A DNA stretch of 64,000 bases from Octopus vulgaris (Eukaryota): assembly GCA_951406725.2 (NCBI GenBank), contig OX597817.1:111972001-112036000 (forward strand). Reading direction: 5' to 3'. The notes beneath the pieces are model-generated. The model had not been told where the DNA came from and did not search any database. It saw only the letters and a list, made by a program, of their open reading frames with translations. Shown piece after piece: positions 51,615-64,000 of the stretch; position 1 is the first letter of the stretch, and each line of letters starts with the position of its first letter. Position numbers and translations under genes: made by a program.

Positions 51615-52290
51615 TGTATGTGGCAGATGTGCAGGAACAATAAGTACTAAGAGCACACAAGAATTAAATTCTCTCAAATGCCCAGGAGGCTCTCTTGAAG
51701 TTGTAGATAGTTCCTATTATCTAGGTGATCAAATAAGCAATGGTGGAGGATGCTCTGAAAGTATTGTTTCTAGAATAAGAATTGGGTGGAGGAAGGTCAG
51801 AGAGTTATTACCTCTGTTGGCAACAAAAATGCCTCTCTCTCAGAATGAAAGGTATACTATAAAGATGCTTGTGTATGAATGGCTATACTCCATGGTAGTG
51901 AGACATGGGCTCTGAATGCTGAAGACATGCATAGACTGGGGAGAAACAAAGGTAGTATGCTCCATTGGATGTGCAACATCAGTGCGCAAAAGTGCAAAAA
52001 TATTGAGAGAAAAGTTGGGCATAAGAGGAATCAGATGTAGCATGCAAGAGAGAAGACTATGTTGGTTTGGACATGTGATGTGTATGAATGAAGACTGCTG
52101 CATAAAGAAGTGCCGATCACTGAAAGTGGATGGTACCCATGGAAGAGGGAGATGCAAGAAGACCTGAAATGAAGTTGTAAGGACTGATCTCAGGAAGTTG
52201 GACCTGATGGAGAAAATGACCATGGATTGAGATGTCTGGCGATATGAAGTTCTTGAGAAGACCTGCTTACATCAGCGAAACTGAGTTCTA
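51615..52290 (+). mobile_element. Second RTE subfamily, C-terminal fragment
   Basis: CGRCAG..LEVVDSSYYLGDQISNGGGCSESIVSRIRIGW; ERRLCWFGHV; GRGRCKKT. Confidence 0.88.
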
Positions 52291-52723
52291 GAAACGCTGT
52301 GTATCCCACCAACATATAACAAGAAAACTTTTCACACACTCTACCACAGAAAATCAAACTATGTCTCTACAGCCCTTCTCTTCCTCACATTTCCACTTCA
52401 TGAACTATGATTACCTCCCACTTTCCAATCTTTTATTCTTGGTCAGGTGTCACTGTATCATTGCTGTTTGCTTGCCCCAGACCTGTGTGTTGCACCCACA
52501 TGCCTTGTTTCATTCTATTTCCCGGTTTCAATGGCGTATGTGTTCCCCAGTTGGACGCGACGCCAGTTCATCGTAGCGTTACTCATTTTTGCCAGCTGAG
52601 TGGACTGGAGCAATGTGAAATGAAGTGTTTTGCTCAAGAACACAATGTGTCACCTGGGCCAATAATCGAAACCACAATCTTACGATCATGATGTTGACAC
52701 CCTAACCACTAAGCCACGTGCCT

Positions 52724-52764
<41 letters not shown>

Positions 52765-52941
52765 CATGTATATATAAATATATATATTTCTATATATACA
52801 TATAGATATCATATATATATATAAATATATGTCATATATATATATGATATATATATAAATATATCATATGTATAAATAAATGTCATATATATATATATCA
52901 TATATAAATATATATAATATATATACATATAAATATATGAT

Positions 52942-52976
<35 letters not shown>

Positions 52977-52982
52977 ATAAAT

Positions 52983-53018
<36 letters not shown>

Positions 53019-53277
53019 ATTATTATTTGAGGGAATAAAATCCAAACTTACAAGGAAAAAAATTCAATTTAGAAATACTAAATCAAATTTCGCACAATAT
53101 AATATATATATGTAAAATATTAGAAAAAAACCACCTTTTATCAATTCAAAATGAACAATTAAATTACACCATCTAGAAAATTACATATAATAGAAATATA
53201 AAATTAAAATAACAATAAAATGTCAATGATTAAGTAAACTGCACAAAAATAATAAAAAGCGTATATAATTGGTAGAA

Positions 53278-53366
53278 TAACGACACGTGTTTCGTGGCTA
53301 TATTTAAGAAATGATTATAGTAGTTGTGAAATCACTTCGATATAAATATAGTCACTCATCAGGTTA
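53278..53366 (-). ncRNA. Type I hammerhead ribozyme motif, intact core
   Basis: TAAC-CTGATGA-GTGACTATATTTA..TAAATATAGCCAC-GAAA-CACGT-GTC-GTTA. Confidence 0.85.
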
Positions 53367-53495
53367 AAAATGAACTAGAATAATAAAATAATTAATTAAT
53401 TAATAAATATACTTTAATATATATATATATATATGAAAATACTAAATATACATAAGTGAAAACTAAAACAATACTTAGATTATTAAATACTGTAA

Positions 53496-53709
53496 CCCTT
53501 TCGTTACTGTATTTATTTTGAGATGTTCTGTGTTTCTTTCAATTACTTTAAATATAACAAAGAATTTAGTAAAATAACTTAGTTATCATTAAGCTGGTGT
53601 TAGGAACATGAATTGTGACTAAGGTTTGGTGGAAGATTTTAATTCAAAACTTATGAAAACAAGACATTTGTATTCAGAGCCGGTTTCAGCCGGGTTGGTA
53701 ATGAAAGGG
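53496..53709. mobile_element. piggyBac-type MITE inserted in the PLE repeat
   Basis: CCCTTTCGTTAC / GTAATGAAAGGG|TTAA; empty TTAA site visible in the sister repeats (about 57730 and 58852); diverged relative at 61004-61221. Confidence 0.85.
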
Positions 53710-56700
53710 TTAACATTAAATAAAATACACAAAGCTAGTACAAGTCATTAAATTGTAATCAAAACAAGAAATGGTTCAAATATAGACAAACTCCTTAAAT
53801 AAGCTAACTATATAATAAATATACATGTGTAGTATCTATAGATTTGATATAATAATCTTTAACAAAGTTGACTAAATATCAAATAATATAATACCTAATT
53901 AACTTAAAATTTAATATTACAAATAAATAAGCCACCTAATAATTAAATAATATATTGTCTGACAAAATTAATTCTTAAATTAAATTAAATGTAATACGTT
54001 AGATGCCTTTATATATAAAAATATATATACATATTAAAAAAAAAGAGATATAAGAATTAATATCTACCGTAACTTATATCTATCAATATATATAAAAAGA
54101 TATAATGACGAGAATAATATGTTAATGGAAAGTAAGAAATATATCAACTCCAAAATTAAAGAAAAGTGCAAAAATATTAGAATCAAAGAACAATACACTG
54201 TGAAGATGTACAATCACAATCACCTGTCCTCTACAAAACCAGTCAATAACAATAACAATAATAACAACGATCAAACTCAAAATAATAACAAGATCTAACT
54301 AATATTGATAAACAAACTAAATTACTAAGTTCAATGATTAAGTTAATCTATCTGGATTTTAAAAGTATTAATATGTTTTAGCATCTAATTAATATACCCA
54401 ATACAATTCCTCTTTATGAATAATATTGGAAATAGTTCAAATATACTCAAATCCATTATATAAACTAGTTATATTAATATCCATGTATAATATCTATAGA
54501 TTTAATATATCACATGATAAAAAAGTTAAACATGAAATTTATATTATAATAAAAACTAGTTTATTTTAAAATAATACTATTTAATGAAAATATCTAATTA
54601 TTAAAAGAAATATAGTCTAACTATATTAATTCTCAAATTGAATAATATGTAAAACGTTAAATTCCTATATAATAAGTAAAAGATATCATATTCAATATCG
54701 AACGTAAAAAATACTATCAAGAAACTATAAATAAATAATAATATTACAGCAATGATAATAATAACAACAACAATATTAATAATATTTCAAACACACAATG
54801 ATTCAAAATTCAAATGAAATAGAGAAACGGTAAAATGTCAAATTTAGCTTTGCGAAGTAAAAGAGTAACCGAATTTTAAAGTAAAATAGTTAAAACGTTT
54901 ATAAAATTTATCGTGTGGAGACTTAGTGCAAAGAAATAGAATAAATACTCAATGAAAATGGCAAGATTTTTTATCAATGAAAAATACGAAAAAACAGAAA
55001 AACATTAAAGCCTCATGAACTAAAGAAATGTGAGAAAAAAACACAACTTATGGAGAAACTAATATGAAGACACCCAACTAAAACTAACAGACACCTATTA
55101 ATATATCAATAATAATATTAATCACAGCTAAACATTAATCCCAAAATAATACAAAATCCAAACGAAAAGAAGAAAAGAACGTTGCTAAGTTAGTTGAGAA
55201 GATATCGCTAGATTATAAACATAAATAATACTTCTTAGCATCTGTAAGAAGTAAAACTCGTGGAGACGTTGCATGGAATAAAAATTATTAATGAAAAAGG
55301 CTAAGGAATTTATTAATGAAATAGGGAATTATCTAGGCTTCATGAATCAAATAAAATTAATAAAAATAGTAAAAATAGTATATTAAGTATTACTTGTTAA
55401 TCAATACTACCCGGGCCCTACAACAAGCCGTACGCGATTATAAATATTATTATTATTAATATTATAATTATCAACATAATTATTATCATTATTAATATCA
55501 TTATTAATTATTACCATCACTACCAAAATCGAATCTACAACAAACTGTCAACTAACGCCAAATTAATTCACAGCCAACTATCCCCCTACCTTTCAACCCT
55601 TCCCATAGTCTCCAACACATGAAGCCCAAAACTCATCTCAAACTCACCATCAACAAATATTCGTCATTTTGTTTAAAATATAACTTATAATAAAACAGTA
55701 AAAAATACTCTAATACTATTAAATAATATCTACAATAAAATAAATAAACCACGAAAGACAAAATAAGGTTTAATAATATTAAAGATAAGTTAAATGTAAT
55801 ATATAAGTACATAAAATTAAAATATCATTTAATTTAAAAGACTATTTACTATAAATTTAAAGTCTAAATAATAAGTAATCAAATCAAATACATATATATT
55901 ATGTTGAAAATAATTTATATTACTATAATATTTATTTAAAAATAATATAATTATTTATCAGTTAAATCTATTATAAAGGTACTTTAATTTATGTTTACAT
56001 TTAATTTTACGTTCGTCCAAAGTTTACCAATGCACAATTGTTATGAAATAATATTTCCCTAAATTCGTTATTACAAAGAGAACAACTATTACTCTCTATA
56101 GTATATGATTTAGCCCTCCAAATAATATCCCAATTTAATTCATATTTAATAGATCTAAATTTAAGGTCACAAATATATTTACTGAGACCTTGTTTTTATA
56201 AGATTTTTATTCCTAAAAGAATACATATGTTGGGAAATTCTAGTTTTAATTTTATTCGAAGTAGACCCTATATAAATAGTATTTAAATTACGATGATTCA
56301 AATTCTTATCATCCATTATTGTTACCCTACACCTATAGACTACATTATCTAAATTACAATAATTTTTCAATTTACATGTAGACTTATCCCTACATGTACA
56401 ACAAATCAACTCTTGGTTTTTATTATTATAATTAGAATTATTATTTAATCTATCTTTATAAAATTTCTTTAATTTAAAAATATTACATGAAGAAATAATA
56501 TTACCAATATTATTAGTAGTTGAATAACCTACTCCCAAATTATCTTTAGAAAAAATATTATAATATTTTTTATTATCCCTAATAAATATTTCAATTATAT
56601 CTAAAATCTCATAAGATCTGTTTTAACCAGAGTCCCTGAAGGAATGATTAACCAAATTTTATTTTTATTTATATCTTTTATATTATGATTATAGTTATAA

Positions 56701-57857
56701 TTATTATTATTATTATTATTATTATTATTGTTATTATTATCATTATAATTATTAGTATAACTATCATTATTATTACTATAATTATTTGCAATATTATTAA
56801 ATATATTATCTTCATTAACTGAATTAAATTTAATCTTATTTTTATTTATATTTTAATTTTAATTATTATTACAATGCTTTTTATTTTTTATTCTAATATT
56901 AAATTTAAGATTTCCATCATCAAAATTCCTATTATTATTAAGATGATAAGTACCTAAATAAGACCTATCATAATACAGGCAATTAGGTTTATCATTATAA
57001 AAATCATTAAAAAAATTATCTTTTAAATTATAATTACGTTTACAAATATTAAAGAATTTAATATTATTATTGTATCCAGCCTCATTCAGGGCTTTATTAT
57101 AATAAGGTACATGTTTATTGAAAGTCTCTAAATCATAAGAAAGTAATGATATTCTTTTACCTACATTATTTATCAAAGATTTTTTAACAGAAGATGGATG
57201 ATTACTATAAGCATTAATATATGTAAGATTTTCATTAATTTTATGGAATGGTTGGGTAAAACCCAACCAACCATTCCATAATTTTGGGGTTGATAGGTTT
57301 TCTTACTTTCCATTAACATATTATTCTTGCCATTATATCTTTTTATATATATTGGTAGATAAAAGTTACTGTAGATATTAATTCTTACATCTCTTTTTTT
57401 TTTAAAAATATATATATATATTTTTATATATAAAGGGATCTAATGTATTACATTTAATTTGATTTAAGAATTAATTTCGCCAGACAATATATTATTTAAT
57501 TATTAGGTGGCTTATTTATTTGTAATATTAAATTTTAAGTTAATTAGGTATTATATTATTTGATATTTAGTCAACTTTGTTATAGATTTTTATATTAAAT
57601 CTATAGATACTACACATGTATAGTTATTATATAGTTAGCTTATTTAAGGAGTTTGTCTATATTTGAACCATTTCTTATTTTGATTACAATTTAATGACTT
57701 GTACTAGCTTTGTATATTTTATTTAATTTTAAAGTATTTAATAATTTAAGTATTGTTTTAGTTTTCACTTATGTATATTTAGTATTTTCATATATACATA
57801 CATATATATATTAAAGTATATTTATTAATTAATTATTTTATTATTCTAGTTTATTTT

Positions 57858-57946
57858 TAACCTGATGAGTGACTATATTTATATCGAAGTGATTTCACAA
57901 CTACTATAATCATTTCTTAAATATAGCCATGAAACACGTGTCGTTA
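57858..57946 (+). ncRNA. Type I hammerhead ribozyme motif (inverted copy)
   Basis: TAAC-CTGATGA-GTGACTATATTTA..TAAATATAGCCAT-GAAA-CACGT-GTC-GTTA; predicted cleavage after C57942. Confidence 0.85.
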
Positions 57947-58639
57947 TTCTACCAATTGTATACGTTTTTATTATTTTTGTGCAATTTACTTAATCATTGA
58001 CATTTTATTGTTATTTTAATTTTATATTTGTATTATATGTAATTTTCTAGATGGTGTAATTTAATTGTTCATTTTGAATTGATAAAAGGTGGTTTTTTTC
58101 AAATTTTTTATATGTATATATTAAATCTATAGATACTACACATGTATAGTTATTATATAGTTAGCTTATTTAAGGAGTTTGTCTATATTTGAACCATTTC
58201 TTATTTTGATTACAATTTGATTACAAATAATTCCCTATTTCATTAATAAATTCCTTTTAGCCTTTTTCATTAATAATTTTTATTCCACGCAACGTCTCCA
58301 CGAGTTTTACTTCTTACAGATGCTAAGAACTATTATTTATGTTTATAATCTAGCGATATCTTCTCGACTAACTTAGCAATGTTCTTTTCTTCTTTTTGTT
58401 TGGATTTTGTATTATTTTGGGATTAATGTTTAGCTGTGATTAATATTATTAATTTTGAAAAAATTTGAAATATAAATATAAATTTGAAAAAAACCACCTT
58501 TTATCAATTCAAAATGAACAATTAAATTACACCATCTAGAAAATTACATATAATACAAATATAAAATTAAAATAACAATAAAATGTCAATGATTAAGTAA
58601 ATTGCAAAAAAATAATAAAAACGTATATAATTGGTAGAA

Positions 58640-58728
58640 TAACGACACATGTTTCATGGCTATATTTAAGAAATGATTATAGTAGTTGTGAAATCACTTC
58701 GATATAAATATAGTCACTCATCAGGTTA
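58640..58728 (-). ncRNA. Type I hammerhead ribozyme motif (third copy)
   Basis: Same motif, with stem III region GAAACATGTGTC. Confidence 0.8.
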
Positions 58729-58912
58729 AAAATAAACTAGAATAATAAAATAATTAATTAATAAATATACTTTAATATATATATATATATATATGAAAAT
58801 ACTAAATATACATAAGTGAAAACTAAAACAATACTTAAATTATTAAATACTTTAAAATTAAATAAAATATATATTTATATATATATATTTTTATATGTAT
58901 ATAAATACATAT

Positions 58913-58948
<36 letters not shown>

Positions 58949-59039
58949 AATAAATACATATTATACATATATATATATAAATATATATATCATTATATAT
59001 ATATATTCATATGTATCTAGTACATATGTGGAAAATCAG

Positions 59040-59600
59040 TATGTATTTGTTTGTGGTGTTGTTTGCTAACCCCTACATTGTTTTATTGATTTTGATGAAA
59101 CTTGACATTTGAGTAAAACTCATGTCTGGAAACCTTGTGACATTATTGAAAAAAATCAATATGGCCACTGTGAGGGACCTTTATATCTACCTTCTATAAC
59201 TGATTTCTTTTTTCAATATGGCCACTGTGAGGGACCTTTATATCTACCTTCTATAACTGATTTCTTTTTAAACATCCAAGGGAACTAACCCGTAGCACCT
59301 GTACAATATTTTTTTTGACACTTAAGGGAGATAACCCATTTCATTGTTTATGTGCGATTACTTTAAAGATTGACTTTTTTTGTGTGTCCTATTCCTAATA
59401 ATTGCAGATAATACCACTTATATACTTTATTTGACACATGAGTAGAACTTCTGTCTGGAAACCTTGTGACATACTTAAATTGTTGAAAAAAAAAATCAAT
59501 AATAGGGCCCTTCCAATGGATCCTTCTATCTACTACATATTACTAATACTTTATTTAAACAACCCAGGGGAAATAACTCATACCACCTGCAGATTTAAAT
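59040..59600 (+). mobile_element. Old Helitron-related remnant with internal duplications
   Basis: TGATGAAACTTGACA resembles the Helitron 5' part at about 33472; 58-bp tandem pair at about 59157-59269; 59100-59300 resembles 59430-59590. Confidence 0.4.
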
Positions 59601-61287
59601 GAAGCAATCAATATTTGATTCTTATGATCAGTCAACCTAATTTTACATTTCACTACTCAGTCTTGAACTGCTAAACATTATTATTGCACTTCCTTAATTT
59701 CAGTCTTAAACCTTAAAGACTTCATTCCTTCATTTCTATGCATACATACCTTTTTGAATGCCCATTACTCCGATAATTCTGCATGTTTACTATTACACGT
59801 TTTCCATGACAGATAAATTTTTATTCCACATCGTATTTGTAGTGTCTTCATGCAGGCATATCGTGGATTTGATCCTCAGTTGCCAAATTTCAGTTAACAC
59901 TTCATCGGGGATACTGTCAGTAAGCTGAGGGTTAGCAATTTACTGTGTGGTGATAATCACTCTTTGTTGACATTCTCTGTGATAGTTAAATTTATGTCTT
60001 ATATTGGAAAAAAATGTGCAGTGACTTGAGACATGCTGATCATTTGCTTAACTGTGTGTGTATAAAATATCCTAAAAATAATTTTCTGTTTTTTATATAT
60101 TTTATTTTGAAGGTGTATAATTTGTTTTCCGTCTTGAAAAATATTTCCTTATTACTTGTTTGACAAAAACAAGTCATTGTAGTTTAAACAGTTGTAACTC
60201 TTATAATTTGGGAATGATATAATCTCCAAATTTGTTTCCTTGGAATAGTTATGTGCTTGGTAAAACAATCACATGCACAACAATTTTATATACTGACGAT
60301 ATTACCTCACTAATTTAGACACTTTAGCTGTGATTTTGGCCAAAGAACCATTTGTATCATAATGATGAGGTAAAATGATTATGAACTTCTTCAAACTACA
60401 TGATGCCACATTGTTCTTTGACAATTAATTTGAACTTGACCTCTCATTTAAATTCAGATTACCACTTCAACATACCTGAGTTAATATTATTTTGTCATCA
60501 GTTGCACTAATTTGATGATCTATTAAAGGAATTTTCTGCATATGCAAAAATGAGCCTGATAGTAGTAGCCAAATGTCTCTCAAATCACATTTTAACATCT
60601 TAAAAAAGGAAGGGTACAGTAATACAGGAATGGCCTGCAGCTAAACAACAACAAAGCACTTTCTAATATACAAGTGGATCTATTTAGAACACTTGAATGG
60701 GTTTTTAAAAAAGTTTTTTTAATGCACTTTTATATTGATCCTAAAATCTTGCAGATGACTGGAATTTATTGATTTTTTTTTTTGAAAATCAAATTAATAG
60801 AATATTTTTAATCTCTTATTCTTAGTGATTCTATAAATGAATAATTTTTCTTTCTTATTAATATTGGTTAAATGGAATTTAAGAAAGCTGTTAGTACTGT
60901 TGTAAGACCTTGAGAGGAATGTTCTTGGGAATATGTACAGTTACAGTCTTTTCTTTTATAAAACAATTATTTTAAATATCACCACTTTGTGTTGATGATT
61001 TAATCTTTTTGTTGCCATATTTCCTTTGAGATACTCAGTCTTTTCTCCGATTAATTTTGAAGATAACGAGGAATATAGTAAAATTTTGTCATTATTAAAT
61101 GATGTTTGGAACATAAATTAACGCAAAGTTTTTATGGAAGATTTTAATTCAAGACTCTTGAAAACAAGAAGTTTGTATCACAGAGTTAGGAGTGGTCTCA
61201 GGTAGGTTGGTATCAAAAGGGTTAAAATATATTGGATACTTAGATATTCTTTAGTATTTTACTTGTTATTTTACTTCATCTATTTAA

Positions 61288-62373
61288 CCCTTTCGTTACT
61301 ATATTTCTGACCAAAATACACCCCTTATGTGTTTCAATTAATTTCTAACATAATCATAAATTTAATCTGGTTTCATTAAACAACTATAACTTTTTTATTT
61401 ATCAATATATTAATCTGATTTTTGGAAGATAATTTAATGAAATGTTCTCAACCAATTCTATACTATAATTTTTGTCACAAAGTGACTCTAATTGCAGGTA
61501 GATACAGGTAAATTCAACAAAATATAAAATTATTAAAATTTTATTCAAACATCGCTATAGAAAATGGGTTATTAGCTAATATTCAATTGGGTATACAAGA
61601 AAATTTTACGATAGAATTTGTTATTCTGGGTAACTTTCTGATACCCATAATAATATTTATGGCAAAATAGTCTTAATTTCATTTAAGGTTATGGGAAACC
61701 ACTAACTCGTTTCTTTCGCTTTGTTTACGTTTAGCGTAACGGTTCGTTTCCGCCGTAATGATTTCAAATAGGCTCATTCGAAAAAGTAAAAAGAAATAGT
61801 CTAAGGCTTTACTCTCCTGGGAAAGTCTGTGGCTTGGTCCAGTTTCTTCAGAAAAATCACCAAAAGAAACAGTTTTTAAATTTTCACTCCATTCAGGTGC
61901 CAATTCATTTTCTTTATCGCTGTCGGAGATCTCGGATTCACTGTTTTCACTTTCGGAAAATGAAACATCAGATTCATTATCAAATACCACGTGCTTTTTT
62001 TTTTTTTTCAGTCATAGAGTTAGATTTATCAAGGTCTTCAGTAGAAAATCCTTCGAATTCTGACTCGCTGCTTGATATAATGAAATTCGTATCCATTTTT
62101 TGTCAGAATTACAAATTTTAAAAACACAATAGGAACAAATTTCGGAAAAAAATCTCCCAAAATTCACGGAATTAAAATTACACTTCGATTATTGTACAAA
62201 ACTGTAGTTGAACTGTTTACGAAGTATAATACATGTTTTCACGAATGTACTAAAGATATTTGCTCTGATATTCTCATTTAAATGAATAGGTAAATTCGGG
62301 CGGCTTTGGGCGGTTTGGTCACATTAACCAAAATTTTTTTCGGGCAGCTTTGGGCGGTTTGGTAACGAAAGGG
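61288..62373 (-). mobile_element. Internally deleted piggyBac transposon
   Basis: TTAA|CCCTTTCGTTAC...GTAACGAAAGGG|TTAA; acidic N-terminus (ATG about 62096, poly-A run) and ALDYFFLLF..LFEIITAETNRYA, the start of the piggyBac transposase domain; DDD core missing. Confidence 0.92.
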
Positions 62374-64000
62374 TTAAGAGACATATGCATTTCACTTGCA
62401 GGGCACCTCTTTTTTATTTTGTTTTTACTTGTAGGCTACATTCATTCTAGTTTTATTGATTTGATTAAATTTTAATTTTTGGACATACATAATTTTTGAA
62501 TATTAGATTATAATCTAATATGCAAAATTCTTACTGTCATACATTATTATTAAATTATGGACTTAACTTAATTCTTACAGTGGCACAAAGCTACACAATA
62601 GTAGAGGAAGAAATATATTCAGTTTATTCAATCCTATAAAATGACTGGTATTTATTTTTATTAACCAGAATGATGAAGTATGAAGTCAACTTTGCTAAAA
62701 TTTGAATGTTTTGTTTTTTAATTATGGCTTAACCCTCTAGTTTTCTAACCAGTAACAAAGTTATAAGCAAATATTGTGGGCAACCCTCTTGAACCTGAGT
62801 AATTCAAAATAATGTGAACAAATAAGCATTACATTTGACAGATTAATCTGAACACTAAAGGGTTAAGGCAAGAAGATCAACACTCATGATCCTTTGCAAA
62901 GTCTTCAGGACTCAAATGTAAGGAATTATCCTCTGACTAATGATCTGGCTTGATTGGTTGCAATAGATTATACTCTGCTAAGGTTGCACAAAGGTTAGTT
63001 AATAGTACTAAACAAAACTTCAGATTAAGTCTACTACTCAAGTTGGAAGGAATATAGAAGGATAAAACTAAATCCTATAAAACTCTATTTTTGACTTTAT
63101 TGTTTTTATTGCTGACTTTAATTAAAATTAATTTAGCTAACTGATATTGGAATTTATCAATTCTGAGTAGGAGTGGAAATATATAGTTGAAATTGCATTG
63201 ATACTTTCATTAGTGAATGGTAAAAACTAACAGAAAACAAGCATTCATTTTCTGATATATTTTAAATGTAGGATCTCTACACATATGTAGTTTTATGAAG
63301 ACAGTATATTTATTATAACAAGGGAAAATAGCCTCATTTGTTGGACCTTACAAAATTTTTAATTGGAAAAGATGATGACATATTTTGGAGCATTGTTTCT
63401 TATAGAAATTTGGCAGCTCCCAAAATGTAGAGATTAATTGGAGTGTAAATTCAGATCTGAGACAGGAAATCAATAGCCAGGAATCAGTACCATGATAATA
63501 CATGTGAAAACAACAATATGTAATCAACTTACCTGGACAAGTGAGTGATATGACAAAAAGAAAAAAAAACACATTCACACTATACATCAATCACACAAAT
63601 TTCATCCAGTTCCATGCAATAGATATATTATGTTTTTTTAATACTGGACTAACTGGCATTTCAAAATTTAGTTTCTTACGGGCTTAAAAGATTCATAAAG
63701 AGAAAGCATAACAAGGCTTAGAGTTAAAACGTGTTTAATATCATAGAACTCGGAGGTGATTTCAGGTAGTCTACTCTCTAAATGCTTAATGAATCAATCA
63801 TATTTATTTTGTTTTGAAATAATTATTAAGATATTTTGTAATTTTAAACACTTATGGTTTGCTTTTGAATTTTTTAATTTCAAAATATCTTCTTGTTCAA
63901 TTATAAATATTTTCCAATAGAGAAACACAAAGGCTGTGAAATTAAGTTGCTGGATTGCAAACCATGTATGTGACCATAAGGGTAACTTTTTCCGGTTGTC

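Larger units (their letters stand above)
53020..58870 (-). mobile_element. AT-rich Penelope-like element (Naiad-like) with direct and inverted terminal repeats
   Basis: RT thumb YINAYSNHPSSVKKSL..YNKALNEAGY (56859-57266); CCTCRDKSTCKLKNYC..VVYRC..YIGSTSNKIKTRISQH, then after a frameshift LSKYICDLK..WDII..CSLCNNE; repeat blocks 53120-53490, 58485-58865 (direct) and 57400-58100 (inverted). Confidence 0.85.

Noticed and set aside
59750-59990. Possible minus-strand exon ending at an AAG|GTATGT donor
   Set aside because: Longest frame stops before the donor and no protein similarity recognised

Overview
AT-rich, repeat-dense animal genomic DNA. The SINE families and (TA)n/(TATG)n load look like Octopus (inferred from recalled repeat families, not searched). 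The left 21 kb holds the first 8 coding exons of SCP2/SCPx (peroxisomal thiolase half) on the minus strand, with GT-AG introns and a continuous reading frame; the gene runs off the left edge. About 2 kb upstream are possible first exons of an unidentified divergent + strand gene (about 23.2 and 26.3 kb), and the rest may be its long intron. 32-63 kb is a cluster of dead transposons, mostly embedded in (TA)n: Helitron derivatives, CR1-group and RTE LINEs, two types of Penelope-like element (PLE), a deleted piggyBac with MITEs, a possible solo LTR and many tRNA-derived SINEs. The most notable signal is nine type I hammerhead-ribozyme-like motifs of about five sequence types, all in PLE or PLE-like DNA, two of them in a 96-bp-arm palindrome. 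Also notable are a satellite derived from an RTE 3' UTR and a 3' tail shared by a SINE and a LINE. Nearly all other ORFs in the track are microsatellite or TE artefacts. No prokaryotic-type system is present.
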